A DNA stretch of 64,000 nucleotides from Octopus bimaculoides (lineage: Eukaryota), in the NCBI RefSeq assembly GCF_001194135.2, contig NC_069002.1:20997340-21061339 (forward strand), given 5' to 3'. Each line of letters begins with the position of its first letter. Position 1 is the stretch's first letter. The notes beneath the pieces were generated by a model. That model ran no database searches. It was given only the letters and a program-made list of their open reading frames with translations, and had not been told where the DNA came from. The translations under genes were made by a program, and so were the position numbers. Shown piece after piece: positions 54,078 through 64,000 of the stretch.

Positions 54078-55428
54078 NNNNNNNNNNNNNNNNNNNNNNN
54101 NNNNNNNNNNNNNNNNNNNNNNNNNNNNNNNNNNNNNNNNNNNNNNNNNNNNNNNNNNNNNNNNNNNNNNNNNNNNNNNNNNNNNNNNNNNNNNNNNNNN
54201 NNNNNNNNNNNNNNNNNNNNNNNNNNNNNNNNNNNNNNNNNNNNNNNNNNNNNNNNNNNNNNNNNNNNNNNNNNNNNNNNNNNNNNNNNNNNNNNNNNNN
54301 NNNNNNNNNNNNNNNNNNNNNNNNNNNNNNNNNNNNNNNNNNNNNNNNNNNNNNNNNNNNNNNNNNNNNNNNNNNNNNNNNNNNNNNNNNNNNNNNNNNN
54401 NNNNNNNNNNNNNNNNNNNNNNNNNNNNNNNNNNNNNNNNNNNNNNNNNNNNNNNNNNNNNNNNNNNNNNNNNNNNNNNNNNNNNNNNNNNNNNNNNNNN
54501 NNNNNNNNNNNNNNNNNNNNNNNNNNNNNNNNNNNNNNNNNNNNNNNNNNNNNNNNNNNNNNNNNNNNNNNNNNNNNNNNNNNNNNNNNNNNNNNNNNNN
54601 NNNNNNNNNNNNNNNNNNNNNNNNNNNNNNNNNNNNNNNNNNNNNNNNNNNNNNNNNNNNNNNNNNNNNNNNNNNNNNNNNNNNNNNNNNNNNNNNNNNN
54701 NNNNNNNNNNNNNNNNNNNNNNNNNNNNNNNNNNNNNNNNNNNNNNNNNNNNNNNNNNNNNNNNNNNNNNNNNNNNNNNNNNNNNNNNNNNNNNNNNNNN
54801 NNNNNNNNNNNNNNNNNNNNNNNNNNNNNNNNNNNTTGACACACTCACACTCTGTCTCTTACAAACACGCACGCGCGCGCATACACACGTGTGTCTTTGT
54901 AAATATGTTTGTATGCATTTATGTATGTGTGTGTTTGTAAGAGACAGCGTGTGAGTGAGTCAAGGGGGGGGGTGCGTGTGTATGTGTGTGAGACAGAGTG
55001 AGAGAGCGGTGTGTATGTAGTATTTACTCTCTCTCTCTCTCATACACACTTACATACACACTCACACACAAAATAGAGAGTGAAGCTTTTTGCCGTTGTT
55101 ACGTCAATACCGGAAGTTGACATTGAGGAACCTTTTTAAAGTAGTGAATCTTAAATATAAAGCAATATTATTTATATTTAATTTAAAAAATCAAATGAAG
55201 AGCCTAACATTTATTCGAGGTCAAATTATTCATGTATCACAAGTATGGAAGCATTTGGTGAAGTCGATTTCACGTGNNNNNNNNNNNNNNNNNNNNNNNN
55301 NNNNNNNNNNNNNNNNNNNNNNNNNNNNNNNNNNNNNNNNNNNNNNNNNNNNNNNNNNNNNNNNNNNNNNNNNNNNNNNNNNNNNNNNNNNNNNNNNNNN
55401 NNNNNNNNNNNNNNNNNNNNNNNNNNNN

Positions 55429-55471
<43 letters not shown>

Positions 55472-55781
55472 GTTGCATAAATTGTTCAATTGTCGTCAGA
55501 TGCAGTAATGTCATCCATCTTAAAGAGCAGCCATAGTTTTGTCGATGGAGTTTGGTTATTTAATAAAACAACTTCATGTACTCTTATATAACATATTAAC
55601 ATATCCAGCTTACAATGTGATACGATGAAGCTTCTAAACCATAACATTTAATATTACAACAAGCACCATTATTGTCTTTCATTTAATAATGGCTAATCTG
55701 GACATTAGAATGAATGATAAAATGTAGTCAGGTTACACTGCAATGTGTCCTTATGATTTGAACTCCGACGTTTATGAATAT

Positions 55782-56018
55782 ATAGTAACAACTTAAGAGA
55801 TATTTCCCGTTATTTTGCAGCCCAATAGCAAATGTCTGACATTTATATTTCTAAAATAATTAGAATTATTCCGTTATTTAACCGGAATCTTATGCAAAGT
55901 GAAATCTTCAACAGATTTTTATGGCATTTTATCTCAGAAATCTCATAACTGGCTTTTCCCCTTTAAAAATCAGTGAGGGCCGCAAAACAGCGGGAAATAT
56001 CTCTTAACTTGTTACTAT
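55782..56018. mobile_element. MITE-like element with 42-bp TIRs
   Basis: 55782-55823 vs 55977-56018 pair at 38/42; AT-rich non-coding interior. Confidence 0.75.
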
Positions 56019-56781
56019 CACACGTTTCTACTTTTTGCTGCGTCAACTAATGTAAGGCACGGCGTTGTACATACAAAATATAAGTGAAGACGCCTAAGAG
56101 ACTCTAATTAAATTTATTAGAAAGCATTGCTTCGAATATTTAACTATAACCAATATAACGAAAGATATATGGGTTTGATACAAAATTTAATCAGCTGATT
56201 TCGAGAAATGCCAAGTAAACCAAAATCTTTAGGAATTCGATTATTTTCATCCTTCAACTGAAGGAAAAATCTTAGGAAGGCAAACGTGCAAAGCATTTCG
56301 TTATTGACTGCGATTGTCGTGCGTGAATCCGATTTTATTCTTGTGAAATTTACTGACAAAGCGAATTTATTTCAAAATTATTTTCCCCTTCACAGGTTGA
56401 AGAGTGTAACCAGGTGAAATGTAGCTGAACGTCCTCAAGAAACTACAAAATATAGTTTGTCAATGTTTTTTAGGAAAATGTAAAATAATATAAAATTCAG
56501 AGAAAATTCTATACACGAAATGGAACTTAAATTGGGGAAAATTAACGCTAATAATAGAAATTAAAACGAAATCAGTGAAAATTACATTCTAAAACTGATG
56601 GTAAATAACCAGAAATTAAAAGTAACCTATGAATAGAATTAGCAATCACTGTAGATATTTTCGGAAAGTAAAATTCGAAACGAGTCAGTTTTTTGAGTCT
56701 TTTTATGAAAGTAGACAATAAAAGTTTAATGTAAACACAGTCAAAACATTACATTTGATCTAACATAATTACATATTGTTG

Positions 56782-56857
<76 letters not shown>

Positions 56858-59119
56858 TGGGTGTGTGTGTGTGTGTGTGTATTCTACTCGATTTTTTGAC
56901 GCTCTGTAAATGAAAATAAGATGAGTAGAAATTATAATGCCTGTGCCATCGCAGAGAATTAAGTTAGAAACTATTATGAAAATATTTCGCAATTGACTAG
57001 ACAATAAAATATTTACAGAATTTAATCAAACGTGGAAATGTTTTGCTATTGAAAGACCAAATAAAATGCAATGCAACACCTTTCAGATTTATTTCAAAGT
57101 AAAACTAAAATATCTCTCAAACGACTAATACAGGCATAATTGCTTGTTCTATATAAAATAAGAGGCAATCTATGGCAAATCATGAGAAATACTCGCATAG
57201 CGACAAAAATGCAAATATTGATGGAGACAACTGAAAATCATTTAAACTTTCTAAATATTTGGCGATATTGTTTTGTTAACTGTAAGCATTAATAACCAAT
57301 AGATAGCTTGAATGCTCTAATAACGGAAAGTAACGCGGCGTTTAAAGAAGAAAAAATATAACCATACAAGTCTGAGGTGTAACTTTGACATAACGAATAT
57401 TTGAACAAAGATATGACTGCAAACGGAAATTTATTGAGAATATTAAAAGCAAGAAGTCATAAGGGAAAATAAAACACCACGTTCGAACTAATTAAATACA
57501 ATAAATACTTACACACATATATATTGTGTATGTGAGTGTGTGTGTGCGTGTGTGCGTGCGTGTGCGTGTGCGTTTGTGTGTGTGTGCATACAAACACACA
57601 CATTCAAAATAATACATGGACACCTATAGAAGAAAAATAGGGAGCAGAATCGAAATCCAGAAGAAATGACTGAATAATAGACACTCGAACTATGAACTGT
57701 AAAATTTGTGGACAAAATGTAGACTTCTTTATTGTCTGTTAACAAAATTAATGTGTGAAAGTGAGGCGTTAAAGAAGCATAAAATCTAAACTCAGAATAT
57801 AGAAATCCACCTGTTCTGAGTGAACTGATGTCTGTGATATACTTTTCCTGAAACCATAAAAACCGCATCTATTCTTTCCAAAGACGTTAGTATTCTCTGA
57901 TGGAATATAAGACATACATATAATACCCATATCTACACATATAGATTGCGCAAAAGTCTATTACAAAGACATTCATGACGCGATCTGGTGAATTAAAATA
58001 TATTACTAGAGGTTTTCAGACATCTTGTCCGTTTTGTATTTTTGGAAATGGTTTTAGAAAGAAGCAATTGTCTACCCGACAACTTTCACTTGTATACAAC
58101 AGATTTCACGTAAAATTCCCGTAAATGATGTTGGAAAAATTACATTAGAGTGGTCGTCGATTATAATCTTGACATAAATAACAGATAATTCTAATGGAAA
58201 GACAACTGAATAGTGAATGAACAAAGTAAACGAAAAGGATGACAAAAATTCCAGCCAATGATTTAATACCATCGCTCAATCAATTAGAGGTAACAAAGAA
58301 ATATTTTATTAAAAATATCCGTTAGACTTTCTGAAGCACAGTTTGAGTACATAAATATATTTTGAAATCTAATCCCGCAGTAAATTAACGTAGCCATTTC
58401 AGCTAAACGCTGGCTTGTGATTCATTTAAGTAGCAAATGCAATGATGTTATCTTCGCAACCATAAGGGTGAATGTTGTTTTAGTCTGTAAAATACCACAT
58501 ATGAAAAGACATGTTCGCTATTTTTCTACTTGCGAAGAGAAGAAAAATGCGTTTACATAATTTTACTTTCTGTAGCATAGATGTTACGCATTGTCTCCTG
58601 CATAAAATTGATTTTATTTTCTAAAATACACTCTTTATACAGCCATTGGTACAAGTACCTAATTGTGTTATGGGTGTAATTCCGAGTATTTGACGTGGTT
58701 CAGTGCAAGAACAACGACACTCATATAACTAATGAATGGGGAATACAGAATAAATATTTCACGTAGTAAAAAATCCAAAAGAAACGCATTCTCCTAAGTA
58801 TTATAGCAGCATTTGTTAAAAAATATTCCATTACATCAATTAACCACAAATAAGTCTATCAAGTAATGGTTGACAGTCGTAACAATTACATCAGTTCTGC
58901 ACAGGTTTCATACGTAGAGCAGCATTCTATTCTAAATAATGTGATTGGGCTGAACTGATTTATTCATTGCCTCTGTCTTCTCAGGTTATAAGGTATGATT
59001 TCAGTGATATTTAGCGATCTTTTTCTAAAAATCACTCAACTTCATGGTTTCTTGCAATTTAAACTTCGGTTGTAAAACAGCTGACGCTGAGCTCAGAGCC
59101 ATCCAAGAAAGGGGTATAA

Positions 59120-59948
59120 TATGAGGTGGCATCAAAAGGTTCCCGGATTTATTTCGAAATAGTCACCTTCAGCATCTATAAACCGGTCCCAGCATTCCTG
59201 TCGCTTTTGTAATCCGGCCTGAAAAGTCATTTTCCGTAAGTGAGTCGAGGACCTTCTGGATATCGACAACGGTGTTAAAACGGTAGCCTTTGAGTGGCAT
59301 TTTTATGAGATGGAAGTCTGGAAGTGCTAAAACAGACGAATAGAGCAGGTGCCGAATCGATACCATGTTGTCTTTGGCGAGAAACTCACGATTGAAGAGA
59401 GCTCGGTGACAGAATGTAATTCTTAGTCCTCCACATATCCGGTCGTGAAATTCACCGAATGTCCACCCTCAAACACTTCAAAATGTTGCAGTAGAACTAG
59501 CGATTCACAGTCTAGTCCTAGGGAACGAATTCTCATTGCACAATACCACATTTCCGGGGGTGACATTCATGGCAGATCTTCCAAATCTCTCATCATCCTC
59601 CAGGGACAATCTTCCACTTTTGAAGCATCCGTGCCACTCAAGAGATTGCGTACGAGGAATTGCGTCGTCGCCGTAAGCTTGCCGAAGCACGCTCAATGTT
59701 CAAGTTCAAGTTCAAGGCAAAATTTCACGTTGGCTCTTTGTTCTTCTCTGTGACAAAATTGCAGACCACTGCATACATGTGATCACAAAAACACAAATTT
59801 CACAACTTCCGAAGTAAACACAGCAATGTCACCCGGCACACTGCCTCATGAAGGTCGCTGCTAACTCTCATTGCGTACGTAACCGTGAGCTGCCATCTGT
59901 TTGTGCACTACAGAACGAGTACTGGAATGTTTTGATACCCACTCGTGA
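59120..59948 (-). mobile_element. Internally deleted mariner transposon
   Basis: LRQAYGDDAIPRTQSLEWHGCFKSGRLSLEDDERFGR (HTH) and DFHLIKMPLKGYRFNTVVDIQKVLDSLTENDF; degenerate TIRs gaggtggcatcaaaaggttccc / ggaatgttttgatacccactcg. Confidence 0.88.
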
Positions 59949-60512
59949 ATTTATGTAAATTAATAAGTAGAAAATAGTGAAACATAATTGGGTGTAGGTT
60001 GGTGTGTACAGTTTAGTGGTTTTGAGTTTGTAATACAAACTTATTTCCTCTTACCCAATCGCATCACCAAGAATATTTTGATAATCAAAAATGTTGGCAT
60101 AAATGTGTTTATGTGTATGCATACATATGTAACGGCGCAGGCTGAGAATTTTTATTAGAAACAATGTCAGTTGTTTTTACTCAGATTGTGCGACATCTTG
60201 GACAAATGTTACTAATTTAGACCCGGGATATGAATTCCATTTTTTGTAAGTGGATTTCGTAGGTAGTAACACTGCGGAAGCCTTAGGTGTATATATATAT
60301 ATATATATATATATATNNNNNNNNNNNNNNNNNNNNNNNNNNNNNNNNNNNNNNNNNNNNNNNNNNNNNNNNNNNNNNNNNNNNNNNNNNNNNNNNNNNN
60401 NNNNNNNNNNNNNNNNNNNNNNNNNNNNNNNNNNNNNNNNNNNNNNNNNNNNNNNNNNNNNNNNNNNNNNNNNNNNNNNNNNNNNNNNNNNNNNNNNNNN
60501 NNNNNNNNNNAC

Positions 60513-60730
60513 ATACGTGGGGTGCTGGGAAGTATCGCGAAAGGTCTGTTTGGCAGCCCAAATGTCTGAGTCTTTTTCAAGGACTTCGAAATACTGAAGG
60601 ATCGCTGCAATAGGTGTATGTGTCACAGAAGGGAATGCAGTTCAATAAAATCATAATTGATTAATCGTCCTTTATCTTATCTTTTACCCAAAGCATCGAA
60701 CTTCTTTTAAACATCCGCACTTCTCGTATA
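60513..60730 (+). mobile_element. Short mariner deletion derivative
   Basis: tacgtggggtgctg end and a C-terminal-like EILKDRCNRCMCHR; weak right end gcacttctcgta. Confidence 0.45.
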
Positions 60731-60949
60731 TGTGTAGAAATGTAGTGGTATTATTATTTCCTGTTACGTTTTCATCCTGTTACATCCAGGTCGCCAACTT
60801 TACTTTCTCATCTTACGGTATCGGTTAAATAAGTATCAGGCAGAGAATTGAGGCACTGCGGTCAGCATAATCAGTTAAATCCATTGAATTGGTTTTCCGA
60901 CATGTTCACAGTCTACGATCTACCATTATTCAAAGAGTGAAAGAATGGA

Positions 60950-61360
60950 ACTAAGAGAAAGAGAAGAAAGGTGCCAAAAATGAAAGCAAGAAACTGAAGA
61001 AACGGTTGTTTTACATGTTACACAAATTACTAGATAATCTCATAATCAACAGCTAACGCCAGTCATGAAAGTGACAGGAAAAGAGAATTTGATAGAATAA
61101 AAAGTGTCAATGGAAAACATGGTTGATCTATTAAGATAATAATGGAATAAAAGTCAGAATTTAGTAACACTAGAGAAAATGGCAATAAAAGACGCGGTGA
61201 AGTGAGGAAAGCGGATGAGAGAACGGATAGAACATGGACAACGAATATAAGAGGTAAAGAAGAAGACAATAAATAATAAACTTCAGACAAGGGGTCCTGA
61301 GAACTGAGCAAGAATTGACTCCAGGAAATGGAGCAAAATAGATTATATTGGACGGGTCAT
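60950..61360 (+). mobile_element. Very decayed RTE-like LINE 3' remnant
   Basis: Purine-rich stretch with DRTWTT..RGKRRR resembling the RTE C-terminus. Confidence 0.3.
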
Positions 61361-61399
61361 AAATGCATGACAAATGATTTTCATAACAAATAACGCTAT

Positions 61400-61668
<269 letters not shown>

Positions 61669-61931
61669 AGACAATGTAACGCTGTATCTTTTTCTGTAAT
61701 GTTCGCATGATGTATTAGCATTGCTTGTGTAGGAGGACGTATATTCAAGAAACAACCCTACAAATACGTATGTCTGCCTACATTGTGATACGCTTGATTG
61801 TGCAGAGATCTGTGTTTGAAGCCATTGCTCTTTGCATATTAAAATGTATAAGTGTGTGTACATATATGTATATATATACATAAATATATATATATGTATG
61901 TATATTTATATGAATGATATATGTATGTATG

Positions 61932-62065
<134 letters not shown>

Positions 62066-62099
62066 TATTATTATTCTTATTATTATTATTTACTTTTAA

Positions 62100-63935
62100 T
62101 CTACATGCTTGTTAGAATCACTCGATGAGGCACACCCAACGTCCTAGATCGAATGAAGGATAAGAGATGTTTGCGGAGGGCAAGTAGCAGAGGCATTGGC
62201 AAAATATCTTCATGTAATACAACACATACATTTGAATTGATAGGTACTTTCTAAGGATGTGGTCAGTACTTGTCAGCACATTCTTTTGAATTTCAGTGAG
62301 AGATGTTTCTCCTGAGATATTATCTAGGTGTTTCTGACATGCCTTTATTATCATACTTAGGGAACCCACAATAACAGGAACATGTCTCACTTTAAGATGC
62401 CACATCTTTTGTATTTCAATTTCCAGGTCATTATATTTACTTAAGTTGTCAAATTCCTTTACAGATATATTTTTATCAGTGGGAACATTTACACCTATTA
62501 GTCTGTAAGTATTATCTTCTCCATCATGAATGACTATGTCTCGTCGATTAGCCAGGATCGTTCTGTCGGCGTTGACTGGAAAATCCCAGAGATTAGTGAC
62601 ACTTTTACCTTCAAAAGTCATCCTGGATGATGTTTATACCAGTAAGCGGGAGTGTTGATTTTGTAGTGTTTACGTATTTTCCAATGTAAATATTGTTCTA
62701 CCTTATCGTGACGATTTTTGTTTTCATTTAGGGTCAGAACCGTTTTGAAGAACATTAATCTGGTAGATTTTGGTAAGCAAGATTTGATCATGTGCCACAA
62801 ATATGAAATCTTCAGTCCCTGCTTTCTGTCTTCAGCTTCTCAACCACTTATGGATTCTTGCTTGGTCTACTTCAGCATTTTGGCTTCGAAGTATATACTG
62901 TCCATGGAGAGGCTTCTGGCTCCACCGCTCCTCAATTTGTTTCTGCCGGTTCTTTTTTGCTGTCTGATTGATCCGCTTTGCTTCTTTCGAGGCAGTGGTT
63001 TCAGGTTCTTCACCTTGCGAATTTGCAATCTACCTTGACAAGAGAGTGTGATATTTTGTTTGCTGATTTTCTGTTTTCACACAAGCTAGAGTATCCAGTT
63101 CTCTGCACTAGAAAAGTACCTTTTCATTGGTATTGTGGAAGTCTTATAGGACAGTCCTACCTACATCGTTCCTCTTCCCCCATCACGTTTAGGTAGGTAT
63201 ACACGATCAACGTCTGCTTTTGGATGGTGCATGCTCTTAGATGTTAGTGGTTTTCTTGCCTTCCTGTCCAGGCGTTGAAGCTCTGTAAGACTCCAATTAA
63301 TGATCTTAAAACTGTATTGGCTTGCCAGAAGTGCCAGAGTGCTAATGGCTGCCATGCGATTTTTGGATTGAGTTCAGTTTTTAGTATGAGTCGTATTCTT
63401 CTGTAATGCTTCTTTCGTAGTGTTTCCTTCATAGTAGAATGTTGTATACCGTCTTCTTGGTTTATTCCCAAGTATTCATAGTTTCCTTGTGAGTCAAACA
63501 TCTTGATTGCAGTATCGGAATCTAATTTAAGGGACGCTGCTTACTTGAAAATGCCTTTTCGTACTTTTTTTTGTAACAAGTTTAAAATACGCACTTACCG
63601 ATTGTTATTCTTGGGTTGAATAATACCGGTATTATTTAATTCATCTGTAATTTTTTTGTACATGGTGTTTAGGGCCGGAGATGGTCTGGTGTTGTTGGAT
63701 AGTAAGGTATCAAGCGTGTCTACATGTGCTGTGCGAGCGGTGGATATGATATCCAGGTAAATTATATCATTTCATTTGGAAAATAGAAATAAATTTCAGT
63801 GAGTATTACTTACTCGGATATAGTCCAACCCATTGTCAGCTATTTGTGGTTCCATGCGATGTCTTTATTTCCGATGTTTTTGGATAAATTTTGGAGCAGT
63901 GTTTTATCGCTCTCACATGTTGAACGTCCCCGGTG
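62100..63935 (-). mobile_element. Decayed R4/Dong-like retrotransposon (RT pieces to RLE and 3' UTR)
   Basis: YEYLGINQEDGIQH, HHPKADVDRVYLPKRDGGRG, RHDKVEQYLHWKI, LWDFPVNADRTILANRRDIVI...KEFDNLSKYNDLEIEIQKMWHLK...VPVIVGSL...ILRKYLSI; weak NTMYKKIT near 63650; (TTA)n on both flanks. Confidence 0.9.
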
Positions 63936-63980
<45 letters not shown>

Positions 63981-63985
<5 letters not shown>

Positions 63986-64000
63986 TAGTTTTAATTTTAT
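63981..64000 (-). mobile_element. 3' terminus of another R4/Dong-like copy, cut by the window edge
   Basis: (TTA)n-ttcagtagttttaattttat; 19/20 identical to the termini at 13916 and 45705. Confidence 0.75.

Overview
This is AT-rich, repeat-saturated eukaryotic DNA from a short-read scaffold, with 17 N-gaps that mostly abut microsatellites. The SINE, R4-type, Penelope and mariner repeat set looks like an octopus genome; that is recognition from memory, not a database check. I find no host protein-coding gene, rRNA, genuine tRNA or CRISPR array, and the long ORFs in the track are N-run or microsatellite artefacts. All recognisable coding is decayed transposon sequence: about 8 R4/Dong-like RLE retroelement pieces, a Penelope-like GIY-YIG element, RTE and CR1-group LINE ends, Tc1/mariner remnants, Helitron remnants, at least four tRNA-derived SINE families and MITE-like foldbacks. 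The best non-obvious signal is a set of minimal type-I hammerhead ribozyme motifs in Penelope-associated DNA. One nearly intact motif (33912-33972) sits inside an 86-bp inverted repeat, one lies just 3' of the Penelope endonuclease ORF (6338-6372), and more decayed ones lie at 36068, 33428 and 36244. Hammerheads in Penelope LTRs are known biology in general, so these are unannotated instances rather than a proven new system. Second themes are R4-like elements sitting in (TAA)n tracts and SINEs stacked head-to-tail with 17-bp repeated flanks. Repeat boundaries were read by eye and are approximate.
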